Notes: generated by a model from the letters alone, not told the origin. A stretch of 40,263 nucleotides of DNA from Promethearchaeota archaeon (GCA_019894975.1 JAGXNO010000036.1:1-40263), one strand, 5' to 3'; shown: positions 12,967 through 22,605, counted from the first letter of the stretch. Translations and numbers: made by a program.

Positions 12967-14391
12967 ATGACTGAAATAAAAAAAGAAATTGAAGAACCTT
13001 ATTCTTTTAAAAAAGCTGCTAAATATTCTACCGGACAAATTGCTGACCAAGCTGCTTACCAAACATTCACTTTTTTGGTATTCACATTCTATTTTACTGT
13101 AGTTCAACTCAACATTACGTTAATTACAGCAGGTTTTATAATATGGGCTTTTTGGAATAGTTTAAATGACCCTATGCTTGGTTATTTATCAGATAGAACA
13201 CATACAAGATTTGGACGCCGTTTACCCTATATCATGGTGTCAATAGTACCTCTTGGGATAATTATATTTCTATTGTTTACCCCAATACTACCGATTGGGG
13301 TAAACAACGAGGTTGGTAATTTTATTTATTTTATGATAATTATCATCGTTTTCGAATTTTTCTATACAATGTTCAGTCTTAACGCCACATCATTATTCCC
13401 AGAAACCTTCATTTCTGAAAATGAAAGAACCAAAGCTAACAATGTAAGACAAGCGTTTCTCATTTTAGGGTTAATAGTGGCATTCGTTTTACCGGGGTTG
13501 TTTATTGAAGACTATACGCCTGATCCTATAGACGCAGATAAAGCATTGGGAGAGTATCAGTTGTTCGGGATCGTTGCTATGATAATCATTATTATCGTTG
13601 GGTTAATTTTCGTTAAATTTACACCAAGAGAAAAGAAGCAATTCAATGAAGACTATAAAATAGCACCAAGCTTTTCCAACTCAATCAAAATGTGCATAAA
13701 AAGTAAATCTTTCATGTGGTACATTCCTGCGGAAATCGCGAATTGGTTTGTGTATGGTATATTACCAACTTTGATACCTCTTTATGCAAAAGCAGTATTG
13801 GGTATGAATGACGCTTTGATGATTTCGCTTCTTATGGGTGCAGCATTTGTATCTTCGGTAATATTTATTACATTTGTATGGAAACCTATAGTTAGAAGGA
13901 TTGGGAATAGAAAAGCATGGATGATTTCAATGACCTCTTGGATTGTAACCTTATTTCCGTTGATGTTCCTAGGACCAAATATGGAAATCGCTGCGATACT
14001 AGTGTTCTTTTTTATTGGTCTTGGGTTATCAGGTTCGTTCTATATAATCGACTTAATTGTAAGTGATATCATAGATGAGGACGAGGTAAATACAGGAACA
14101 CGTAGAGAAGCGGGTTATTATGGTGTAAATGCTTTTTTCTTACGATTGGCTATAATTATAGTTTTTGTAAGTATAGGACCTATGTTTATTATTGCTGACT
14201 GGGAAGTTTTTACGCTCCCGGCATCTGCAGAAATTCAAATGACACTTCGTATATTAATGTTTGTATATCCTTCAGTAGCGTTGATAATTGCAATTTTAGC
14301 TATTTATAAGTATCCTTTACATGGGGAAAAGTTAAAGCAAGTTAAAGAGGATTTAGCTAAAATACATGAACAAAAGAAATCAAAAATTTAA
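12967..14391 (+). CDS. MFS transporter, glycoside-pentoside-hexuronide (MelB/GPH) family
   Basis: NDPMLGYLSDRTHTRFGRRLPY, DIIDEDE...RREAGYYG, about 12 hydrophobic segments, C-terminal YPL. Confidence 0.9.
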   Translation: MTEIKKEIEEPYSFKKAAKYSTGQIADQAAYQTFTFLVFTFYFTVVQLNITLITAGFIIWAFWNSLNDPMLGYLSDRTHTRFGRRLPYIMVSIVPLGIIIFLLFTPILPIGVNNEVGNFIYFMIIIIVFEFFYTMFSLNATSLFPETFISENERTKANNVRQAFLILGLIVAFVLPGLFIEDYTPDPIDADKALGEYQLFGIVAMIIIIIVGLIFVKFTPREKKQFNEDYKIAPSFSNSIKMCIKSKSFMWYIPAEIANWFVYGILPTLIPLYAKAVLGMNDALMISLLMGAAFVSSVIFITFVWKPIVRRIGNRKAWMISMTSWIVTLFPLMFLGPNMEIAAILVFFFIGLGLSGSFYIIDLIVSDIIDEDEVNTGTRREAGYYGVNAFFLRLAIIIVFVSIGPMFIIADWEVFTLPASAEIQMTLRILMFVYPSVALIIAILAIYKYPLHGEKLKQVKEDLAKIHEQKKSKI

Positions 14392-14396
14392 ATTTT

Positions 14397-15707
14397 TTAT
14401 TTTTTAATTTTTTTCAATTTATCTAATGCAGTGCGTATCTTTGATAAAATCACATCGAGTTCGTGTTTTTGAACAACTAAAGGGGGTAATAATTTAAGAG
14501 TATCCTTTTTATTATCACAATAGTCAAGTAAGACTCCTTCTTTTATAATAGAAAGCATCGCTAATTGACTATTAGTTTCATTGTGGAATTCAACACCCCA
14601 CATAAGCCCTCTTCCTCTAATTTCCTTTATGAAATCAGGAAATTCTTCTTTAATTTCTTCTAATCCTCTCTGAAAATATTTCCCCATATCCTTAACATGA
14701 TTTAAAAATTTCTGATCGGATTGGATATTTAACATTTCTAAAGCTATAACACATCCAATATCTGAACCTCCAGTAGTAGATATATGAATAAATGGGTTAT
14801 CTTTATAGACGGCTTTTTCAATAAATGGTTTATAACTGCACACAGATAAAGGATAAATTCCAGAAGTCATCCCCTTTCCCAGTACCATAAAATCTGGTAC
14901 AACCTTTTCATTTGGATAGAGCCCACCATATATTGCCCATAACTCTCCAGTTCTCCCAAGACCTGCTTGAACTTCATCTATAATCATCATCACTCCATTT
15001 TCATCACAGATTTCGCGCACTTCAGCAAAATATCCTTCAGAAGCAATCAAAATTCCTCCAGTAGCAGGAATTGTTTCTAATATAACACATGCTATTTCAT
15101 CAGTTACGGCTTTTCTCATAGCATCAACATCATTGAAAGGAACTTGTTTAAACTCGGGAAGATTCCATAAAAAGTTGTCCCTAAACAGTGGATCTCCTGT
15201 TGCTAATGCAAACCCAGTATGACCATGATAACCCCCTATGGCTGAAATGCATCCTTTACGTTGAGTGTATGCTCTTGAAAACTTAATCGCACAATCCACA
15301 GCTTCACCTCCTGCAACGCCAAAGGTTGTTTTGCTTATGTCTCCAGGCATCAATTCTGCAAGCTTTTTCCCTAATAAAGCTCTTTGTTCAGATAAGAGAA
15401 TATGATCACCAATATCTAATCCACTATCCAGGGCATCCTTAACGATTTGAGTAATTCTTGGATTTCCATGTCCTAGGTTATATACTCCTCCTGAAGTACG
15501 ACAATTGTACATTTCTAAAGGAGGATCACCTGGTCTTGGCCCTTCTAATGTACGTAGGAAAATCCCGTCTCTTTCTCCAGGAATCACACCTAACCCTAGA
15601 CTTTTGAAAAAACGGACCTTAGGACCATTTACATGTTTCGAATATAGTTTAAGCAGTTCTTTTTGAGGTAACGATCCAATGAATTTCTTCTTAGGATTAT
15701 CATTCAT
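14397..15707 (-). CDS. Class III PLP aminotransferase (putrescine/acetylornithine aminotransferase-like)
   Basis: NLGHGNP, GGEAVDCAIK, GYHG, DEVQAGLGRTG, PLP-Lys LGKGMTSG. Confidence 0.9.
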   Translation of the reverse strand: MNDNPKKKFIGSLPQKELLKLYSKHVNGPKVRFFKSLGLGVIPGERDGIFLRTLEGPRPGDPPLEMYNCRTSGGVYNLGHGNPRITQIVKDALDSGLDIGDHILLSEQRALLGKKLAELMPGDISKTTFGVAGGEAVDCAIKFSRAYTQRKGCISAIGGYHGHTGFALATGDPLFRDNFLWNLPEFKQVPFNDVDAMRKAVTDEIACVILETIPATGGILIASEGYFAEVREICDENGVMMIIDEVQAGLGRTGELWAIYGGLYPNEKVVPDFMVLGKGMTSGIYPLSVCSYKPFIEKAVYKDNPFIHISTTGGSDIGCVIALEMLNIQSDQKFLNHVKDMGKYFQRGLEEIKEEFPDFIKEIRGRGLMWGVEFHNETNSQLAMLSIIKEGVLLDYCDNKKDTLKLLPPLVVQKHELDVILSKIRTALDKLKKIKK

Positions 15708-15868
15708 AATGGTAATAAATACGGGTAAAATATTTTAAAATTTTGAATTTAGAGATGAAAAGTGAAATTTTAAAAATGCGAGAAAAGCCAACTAACCATT
15801 TATACATAATGCTTTTAAGGAAAATTGACTTCCTTATTTTTAATCCTTAGAGTGCAATCCACAAAATT

Positions 15869-16213
15869 ATGACCAATCCACCTTCAAAAGAATTAGATCA
15901 AGCGAGAAGCCTTATCATAAAAGCAAATATAGCATTTAGTGGGGATCTCGATAAGGCATCTAATTATGTTCAAGATGCTGAAAGAATTTTAAATTCTATA
16001 GCAGATGATCCCGCATCAGAAAGAGTCAGAATAGATCTGTTAAGAATTAAAGCCTGGATCTCCCTCTTGAAAGGTAATTTCATTAGTGCTAAAGAGTTAG
16101 CACAAGAATGTCTTATTTCCCTTACCATGACAGAAATTAAAAGTAATGTTAATTTAAATAGACGTAGAATACTAATAGTAAATAAAAAGGAAGATATAAA
16201 AAAAATATATTAG
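15869..16213 (+). CDS. Short TPR-like helical protein, possibly a truncated fragment
   Basis: Helical pattern GDLDKASNYVQDA...GNFISAKELAQECL; last ~30 residues lose the pattern. Confidence 0.4.
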   Translation: MTNPPSKELDQARSLIIKANIAFSGDLDKASNYVQDAERILNSIADDPASERVRIDLLRIKAWISLLKGNFISAKELAQECLISLTMTEIKSNVNLNRRRILIVNKKEDIKKIY

Positions 16214-16272
16214 TTTGCTCTGCCAAATCGGCGTTTCAGTTAGGTTCTTCCACTTTAGACCCGTTTCTCCCC

Positions 16273-17142
16273 CTAAAATTCATAACCACATTTTTTACAA
16301 ACATGTTTCTTAGCGTACATTGGAATGTGACCAACATAGCTCAAAACTTTGCTTTTATCTTCAACAGTTTTAATGTCATGACCTACAGATCCGCACATGG
16401 GGCAAGTAATCCTTTCATCAGCAGCGAACCCCCCTGCGCCTATATCTGGAGGTTTTAATTCTTCTAATTCAGTTTCGACTTCAGTAAGATGGGCGGTTGT
16501 TGATTCTAAGGTTTGATCTTTTTCTGTAATTGACACACCTAACTCTTGGATTTGCGTATCTCTCTGTAATAGAGTATTATTTGATTCAGTTAATTGTGCG
16601 TTTAATTGCGTAAGTTCACTTTCAGAAGTAGTAAGTTTGGAAGTTAATTCTTCGTTATCAGCCTTTAATTTGTTGATTTCTTCTTGATTTGCTGAGGATT
16701 GGGTTTCTAAATCAGAAGCTTTCTGATTTGCAGCATCTAAGTCTTGTGTCAAAATGCCTACTTTTTCTTCAGAAGTAGCTAGTCTTGGTTCAAGATCACT
16801 AACTTTGTTTACATTTTCTTCTAAATCTTTGGTTAAAGTTTCTTTATCAGCAGCTAACCCATTTTTTTCGGCGGTTACAACTTCGATGGTTTTATCTTTT
16901 CTTTCACCGTCTCCAATTGTTTTTTCAAGTGTGTTTTGAGTGTCATCAAGCGTCTGTTTGGTATCAGCAAGTTCATTTTGAGTAGCTGCAAGTTTATCTT
17001 GAGTTTGAGATAAATCGGTTTTTGTTTCAGATAATTGTTTTTCCAGGTCGTTGACTTTAGCTCTAAGATCTAATAAGAACCTGCCTTCAACTGACACTTT
17101 TTTATCTGGTTTTTGTTCGGCTTTTTCCCAGTCAATACTAAT
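16273..17142 (-). CDS. Long coiled-coil protein with C-terminal zinc ribbon
   Basis: About 200 aa of E/Q/T/K/L heptads, then CPMCG...CKKCGYEF; frame is open 5' of the GTG at 17097 up to a TGA at 17149-17151; AAGGTGA lies 6 nt before ATT at 17142. Confidence 0.8.
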   Translation of the reverse strand: MSIDWEKAEQKPDKKVSVEGRFLLDLRAKVNDLEKQLSETKTDLSQTQDKLAATQNELADTKQTLDDTQNTLEKTIGDGERKDKTIEVVTAEKNGLAADKETLTKDLEENVNKVSDLEPRLATSEEKVGILTQDLDAANQKASDLETQSSANQEEINKLKADNEELTSKLTTSESELTQLNAQLTESNNTLLQRDTQIQELGVSITEKDQTLESTTAHLTEVETELEELKPPDIGAGGFAADERITCPMCGSVGHDIKTVEDKSKVLSYVGHIPMYAKKHVCKKCGYEF

Positions 17143-17354
17143 TATAATTCACCTTTATAGAGTTCAAATATCTTTTAATTTTAAACTAGTTTATTGAATT
17201 AATTTGATAATATTATATATATCATATTGAATCAAGCTTTTAATTTTTTTTGACTTTAGAGTACTATAATAATTTGAAATTAATATTATAAGTTAATTAA
17301 TTTCGAAATTATAATATAATATAAGGAAATCATTAATGAAGTTCGACAAATTAA

Positions 17355-18200
17355 ATGAGCGGTGTAGATAATTCCGAAATAAAGGTCGAATATATATCAA
17401 CTTCAGGGGTATATAAAACACCATTTAGCCTAATTATTCTTCTACAGTTATTTATTGGGAGCATGATTTCTATTTTAATTAATATTTGGTTTTATAATGA
17501 TCTTTATTATCTTCTGACTGGAGAGAGATTTTTATCTTTTATTTTAATCGGACAATGGTGGGAATGGTTTCTACTACCATTGAACCTATACGGAAATCTA
17601 TTTCTATTTTCTTTTTCAATAATATTATTTTCAGGGGGAATAAATAAATTACTAAACAAATTAAGCCCTCCTAAAGAAGGAGTATTTAATAGAGGGAGTA
17701 AAGAATGGAAGTATACTCACCGTAGATTTTGGAATGCTTATTTTCCAATTTGGCTTGCGAGAGCAATACCAATACCATGGTCGGATATATTTGTTTACCG
17801 GTTGTATGGTGTTTCTATTGGTAAAAATGTTGTCGCTTACGAGGGGTATATTGATCCTGAATTTATTGAAATAGGAGATTTTACGATGACTTCATTAAAC
17901 ATATGTATCTTTTCACATCTCATATATCAGGATCGAATTATTATCAAAAAAGTAAGAATAGGTAAAGCTTGTGTTGTTGGACCTCAAACAATAATAAGTC
18001 CGGGTACAATAATGCAAGATGGTGCTGTTTTGGGAGCAAATAGTTATACTTGGATTGGGCAAGAATTAGAGAGTGATTTGATCCATGTTGGGACTCCTGT
18101 AAGTATGAATTTTCCTGTCCAATCATTAGAAGAATCTCAAGAAAAAGTAGAAAGAATTATAAAAGAACCATCTAAAAATCTAGAAGGAGATGCTAATTAA
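17355..18200 (+). CDS. Membrane-bound hexapeptide-repeat (left-handed beta-helix) acyltransferase, YvoF/Pls-C-domain-like
   Basis: Two N-terminal TM helices, PPKEGVF, YRLYGVSIGKNV, FSH, VRIGKACVVG, GAVLGANS, GTPV. Confidence 0.75.
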   Translation: MSGVDNSEIKVEYISTSGVYKTPFSLIILLQLFIGSMISILINIWFYNDLYYLLTGERFLSFILIGQWWEWFLLPLNLYGNLFLFSFSIILFSGGINKLLNKLSPPKEGVFNRGSKEWKYTHRRFWNAYFPIWLARAIPIPWSDIFVYRLYGVSIGKNVVAYEGYIDPEFIEIGDFTMTSLNICIFSHLIYQDRIIIKKVRIGKACVVGPQTIISPGTIMQDGAVLGANSYTWIGQELESDLIHVGTPVSMNFPVQSLEESQEKVERIIKEPSKNLEGDAN

Positions 18201-18937
18201 TGTTTCAACCTGCTAGCTTAAAGGGTGAATCGCCAGTTCCTATCGATGAGCGAATTCGAAATAAATATCTCATATTCTATTTAATAATAATTATCTTAAG
18301 CTTTATTCCTTGCTCTCTATTTGAATATCTCTATGTGTTTTATCTATGGAATAAAGGATTATATCTGTTTTTCTTTATACTACTTCCATTAAATTTCTTT
18401 GTTTTGATTTATATACTCCAGATTAGCGCTGTGTTATTTTCTGCTTTATCCTTATTAATTATTAATTTACTTTATACCCCCAAAGAAGGAGTTTTTTCTC
18501 GGGATATAAAAGATAAAAATTATTTGTATTGGAACCTAAGAAATCTTTCTAAGAAGTGGGCATTGTTTGTTTCAGCTTCCAATCCTTTTCCGTGGCTGAA
18601 AAATCGCTTCGTTCTTAGATTTTTTGGAGTTAAAATAGGTAAGAATGGGATATGTGATACATGCTGGATTTCTTCAGAGTTCGTAGAAATTGGTCACAAT
18701 GTTATTATCGGTATGGGAACCACTCTCCTAAGTTTTGGAATTGAACAAGATAGATTAATATTAGAGAGGATTAAAGTAGGAGACGATGTAGTGATTGGAG
18801 CTAAATGTGTTTTATTGCCTGGCACAGTTCTAAAAAAGGGAGTAAAACTTTCTGCTCATTCTTATACAAACTATAATGATGTGTTAGAAGAGAATTCAAT
18901 ATATTTAGGTCACCCTGCAAAATTAAAAGAAGTTTAA
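18200..18937 (+). CDS. Second membrane-bound hexapeptide-repeat acyltransferase-like paralogue
   Basis: TM helices, PKEGVF, LRFFGVKIGKN, IKVGDDVVIGAKCVLLPG, GHPA; TAATG overlap with the preceding gene. Confidence 0.75.
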   Translation: MFQPASLKGESPVPIDERIRNKYLIFYLIIIILSFIPCSLFEYLYVFYLWNKGLYLFFFILLPLNFFVLIYILQISAVLFSALSLLIINLLYTPKEGVFSRDIKDKNYLYWNLRNLSKKWALFVSASNPFPWLKNRFVLRFFGVKIGKNGICDTCWISSEFVEIGHNVIIGMGTTLLSFGIEQDRLILERIKVGDDVVIGAKCVLLPGTVLKKGVKLSAHSYTNYNDVLEENSIYLGHPAKLKEV

Positions 18938-18943
18938 TGAATC

Positions 18944-20539
18944 ATGATTACAGAAAAAAGTGTCAAATTGGATCCAGATAAAGATATTGAGAAAAAAAAA
19001 CGGCTTGTAATTATTTCTGATACGCACATTAGCCGGTCAAGTGGTCCCTTCAACTTGCATACATTTAATTTAGGTATAGAGCAAATAAATAAGATAGAAG
19101 ATGTTGATTTATACTTACATCTAGGTGATATAACACAGAACGGAACCTTGTTAGAATATGAATTTACATTAGAACAATTTAAGAAATTTGAGCCTGCATC
19201 TAAATGTCCGTTAATGATCCTTATTGGGAATCATGATGCAATGAATGTAGGATATCTATTGTTCGAAGAGATGATTGGCAGAAGGCATATCGAATATGAA
19301 GATGATGAGTTGTTTATTATAGGAATTGACAGTACTAAACCTGATTTACCTGGGGGAATAATTCATCATAACATAATTGAATTAGTCAGAGAAGAATTAA
19401 TAAAAAAAGAAAGAGAAAATAAATTTAAAATCGTTTGTTTTCATCATCAACTCATCCCGATTCCTAATACGGGGAAAGAAAGGTCTGCAATTGATGATTC
19501 AGGAGATATGCTTAAAATGCTTTTAGAAACAAAAGCAGACTTAGTTTTAAATGGGCATCGTCATACTTCAAATTTATATACCTTAAGTAGTAGTGAAAAG
19601 GATCTCATTATTTTTAATGCGGGTACCTTCTGTTGTAATAAAACAAGATATAGAGATTTATTTACATATGCAACGATTGATATTGAGGGTAATAACCTTA
19701 CATTTCGAGTAGTTCCTATATTAGATTCCAATTCTATGCATGAAATTCGTAGAGAAGTAAAGTATTACCTCCCTTTAGATATCAAAAGAAGTAAAAAACC
19801 ATTATGTAGATTTATTCAATTTTCACACTCTTTAATTTCAGAAGAATTAGAAGATAGACAAACTAATTTGGATAGAGCTATCAATTATGTAAATAAAATA
19901 AGTGACGTTGATTTAGTAGTACATGCAGGAAATATTACACAAAATAGTTATAAAGAGGAATTTAAGATAGCAAAACAAAAAATGGATAGTTTAAAATACC
20001 CCTATATAGCAGTACCAGGATTCACAGATTCAATACCTCCCGCTTGGGAATACTGGAAACAAACCTTTGGTGAATCTAATCCTTTATTTGAAAATGAAAA
20101 GATATATTTTCAAGGATTGAATTCTACCACTCGAGATTCTACTGAGGGGTTTATAGGACGAAATAAAATGCATAAGTTTATAGAAAAAGTCTTAAGCTTA
20201 AGTCATCAAAAAATTTTTGGTGTTTGTTGTTTTCATAGTTTGATTCCTACTCCTTTGAGTGTATGGAGGACAGAATTAACGGATTCGGGAGATGTACTCT
20301 CTCAATTTGCCCGTTCACAGATAGATCTTTGTTTAAATAGTACTCCAAGTATTGCTTTTAATGTAAAGATCGATAATACTGTTTTTTCTAATGGTGGAAA
20401 CCTTAGATCTGAGAGATTTAATCAGGCTTTCATTGAAATTGAAATCTTTAGAGAGGGATATGTTATCTTAAGGGAACACAATTTAAAAACAGGTCAAAGT
20501 AAAACTGTTGGAATGTATAATATAGATATATTCATCTAA
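18944..20539 (+). CDS. Tandem calcineurin-like metallophosphoesterase (CpdA/Icc-like), second domain degenerate
   Basis: Domain 1: SDTH, GDIT, GNHD, FHH, GHRH; domain 2 equivalents: SHSL, GNIT, GFTD, FHS, NSTP. Confidence 0.85.
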   Translation: MITEKSVKLDPDKDIEKKKRLVIISDTHISRSSGPFNLHTFNLGIEQINKIEDVDLYLHLGDITQNGTLLEYEFTLEQFKKFEPASKCPLMILIGNHDAMNVGYLLFEEMIGRRHIEYEDDELFIIGIDSTKPDLPGGIIHHNIIELVREELIKKERENKFKIVCFHHQLIPIPNTGKERSAIDDSGDMLKMLLETKADLVLNGHRHTSNLYTLSSSEKDLIIFNAGTFCCNKTRYRDLFTYATIDIEGNNLTFRVVPILDSNSMHEIRREVKYYLPLDIKRSKKPLCRFIQFSHSLISEELEDRQTNLDRAINYVNKISDVDLVVHAGNITQNSYKEEFKIAKQKMDSLKYPYIAVPGFTDSIPPAWEYWKQTFGESNPLFENEKIYFQGLNSTTRDSTEGFIGRNKMHKFIEKVLSLSHQKIFGVCCFHSLIPTPLSVWRTELTDSGDVLSQFARSQIDLCLNSTPSIAFNVKIDNTVFSNGGNLRSERFNQAFIEIEIFREGYVILREHNLKTGQSKTVGMYNIDIFI

Positions 20540-20627
20540 ATCAATCAATTTTTTTTCATAAAAAATAAACTTAAAAAGCATTTTTTGTTTATAAAAATAA
20601 TCAAAATTCTTTAAATGATATATTTTC

Positions 20628-20909
20628 ATGGCAAAAATAAAACTACATCTATTAAACATCTTCCAGTTAAGAATCAACAAGAAATTCGTAGAATATGAGG
20701 GTAAAACTGTGGGAGATATAATGAATCAATTTTTAGGAGAATATAGAGAGAAACTTGGAGAAGAACTATTAGACAAAAATAGAAAAAAACTGAACCCTCA
20801 GATATTGATATTGCTAAATGGTAGGAACATTAAATATTTAAAAGAGTATAAAACAAAACTTAACGATAATGATGAGATCTACCTGTCGTTTGCGCTCGCA
20901 GGTGGATAA
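20628..20909 (+). CDS. MoaD/ThiS/SAMP/Urm1-type ubiquitin-like protein
   Basis: 93 aa beta-grasp pattern, ILLNGRNI...TKLNDNDEI, C-terminal AGG*. Confidence 0.9.
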   Translation: MAKIKLHLLNIFQLRINKKFVEYEGKTVGDIMNQFLGEYREKLGEELLDKNRKKLNPQILILLNGRNIKYLKEYKTKLNDNDEIYLSFALAGG

Positions 20910-21104
20910 ATGACATTTGTGCTTATACCGGTACAAACATCTAGCTTTTTGAAACATTAACCTTAAATATAAAAAGAATCATATTTTTTTTACTAAAAGC
21001 TATAATTTATTAATGGTATTAAATTTGGAATAAATTAGGACGCTTTTCTCATCCATACAATTGTTGACATAAAATAACAACTAACATTAAATAGGTGTAT
21101 CTGA

Positions 21105-22034
21105 ATAAAGAAAATAGCCTTCATTGGGCTTGATAACGCGGGAAAGACCAGTATAATAACTGCAATCACGAAACGCTTTGGTTTTGAAGAAGAGGTTGCA
21201 AAATTAATGCCTACAAGAAGAATTGCTCGTGATACATTTAGGTTCTTGGGCTTAGAATTCTCAAGACTTGATTTTGGTGGCCAGCGTATATACCGGGAAG
21301 ATTACTTAAAACATCCTGAAAAATTCTTGAGTGGCATAGACTTGATTTTCTATGTTATTGATGCTCAAGATTTCGATAGGTATATTGAATCAATAGATTA
21401 TTTGGAAGAAATTTTACTTTATTTTAAAGAGCGTCAAGAAGATGTAATGGTTGCTGTCCTTTTTCATAAATTCGACCCTCAATTTGTTGATGATGTAGAA
21501 ATAAATAAGAGAATACTTACTTTAAAACAGGCCTTAACGAGATATTCCAACCATTTTGATATTTTCTTCTTTGAAACCACAATTTTTGACATCAAATCTA
21601 TTATGGATGCCTTTTCAAGTGGACTATCAATGCTTTTCGAAAAAATTGAGATGGTCTCGAATTTATTTGCAGAAATTAGTAAGAATTATAACACTATTCT
21701 AATATCTTTATTCGATGCAAAAGGTATAACTTTGGGAGAGTATTTTCGTCCTCACCTACAGTTACTACAAAAGATAAAAATATATGAAATATATTTAGAT
21801 TTGCAAAAACGTATTGTCTCTGAAAATAGGACTCTTTATGAATTTTCCGACAAATTTGAAAATGGGGAAAGATTTTCGGGGATAGTAGAGGTTTTAAAAT
21901 TTGGCAATTTAGAATTCTTTTTACTATTTATAATTGAAGAAGATGAAGATTTACAATTAACAGTCACAATTTTAGATAAAATCGAAGCAGCTAAACCTCA
22001 AATGGAAAATTTGATAATGCAGATTATTCAATAA
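21105..22034 (+). CDS. Rag/Gtr-like small GTPase with C-terminal roadblock/longin-like domain (extended 5' of the track ORF)
   Basis: In-frame IKKIAFIGLDNAGKTS (G1) lies upstream of the ATG at 21207; G2 PT, G3 DFGGQ, G4 HKFD, G5 TTIFD; AGGTG at 21093-21097. Confidence 0.85.
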   Translation: MKKIAFIGLDNAGKTSIITAITKRFGFEEEVAKLMPTRRIARDTFRFLGLEFSRLDFGGQRIYREDYLKHPEKFLSGIDLIFYVIDAQDFDRYIESIDYLEEILLYFKERQEDVMVAVLFHKFDPQFVDDVEINKRILTLKQALTRYSNHFDIFFFETTIFDIKSIMDAFSSGLSMLFEKIEMVSNLFAEISKNYNTILISLFDAKGITLGEYFRPHLQLLQKIKIYEIYLDLQKRIVSENRTLYEFSDKFENGERFSGIVEVLKFGNLEFFLLFIIEEDEDLQLTVTILDKIEAAKPQMENLIMQIIQ

Positions 22035-22107
22035 GTAATTTTATTATTTAAACTCATTACTTTATATTAAAATCATCTTTGATATATGGTTTATTAGTTT
22101 CTGAATG

Positions 22108-22190
22108 CGCAGATGGAGGGACTCGAACCCCCGAACGTTTGCACGCACCGGCTTTCGAAGCCGGCGTCTTACCAGCTAGGCTACATCTGC
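22108..22190 (-). tRNA. tRNA-Ser (anticodon CGA)
   Basis: Reverse complement: acceptor GCAGATG/CATCTGC, anticodon arm CCGGC-TTCGAAA-GCCGG, long variable arm, T arm with GGTTCGAGTCC, discriminator G; no intron; CCA not encoded. Confidence 0.95.
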
Positions 22191-22305
22191 TATTTTGTTA
22201 AAATTGTCTTATAAAACTTAAGCGATCTTATCTATAAAATTCTTTCTTTTTAGGATGAAAGAAATTCAATGAATAAGATTTTCGAAATAAGAATTTATGA
22301 AATAT

Positions 22306-22605
22306 TTAAGAAGTAGGAACAAAAATTTTGAGTTTCAAGCTGGGATCTAATAGTTTTATTAATCCTTCCTCTACATACTGCTTTAATAAGATTTTTGCGG
22401 TCGAAACTCTAATATCAAATTTTACTGCCATCTCTGTGGCCAAAATTGTTTTACTCTTTGAAATTGAATCTCTTATATCTTTCTCAATGCTTTTTGGTAT
22501 AAAAGCATCTCTTTCAACGACAGTAATTTGCTTAGTTCTTCCATATTTTCTTCTTAGATTGATTGTTGCTTTTCGAACCAGCAGTTTTTCTTCTTTCTCT
22601 GACAT
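22306..22605 (-). CDS. rps25e: Small-subunit ribosomal protein eS25
   Basis: 99 aa basic winged-helix pattern ILATEMAVKFDIRVSTAKILLKQYVEEGLIKLL...IFVP. Confidence 0.75.
   Translation of the reverse strand: MSEKEEKLLVRKATINLRRKYGRTKQITVVERDAFIPKSIEKDIRDSISKSKTILATEMAVKFDIRVSTAKILLKQYVEEGLIKLLDPSLKLKIFVPTS

Noticed and set aside
16214-16272. Relatively GC-rich spacer between convergent genes (possible sRNA or SECIS)
   Set aside because: No convincing stem, box C/D pair or in-frame UGA selenoprotein nearby
22108-22190. tRNA-Ser as an integration site for an island
   Set aside because: No integrase and no duplicated tRNA 3' end seen in the window
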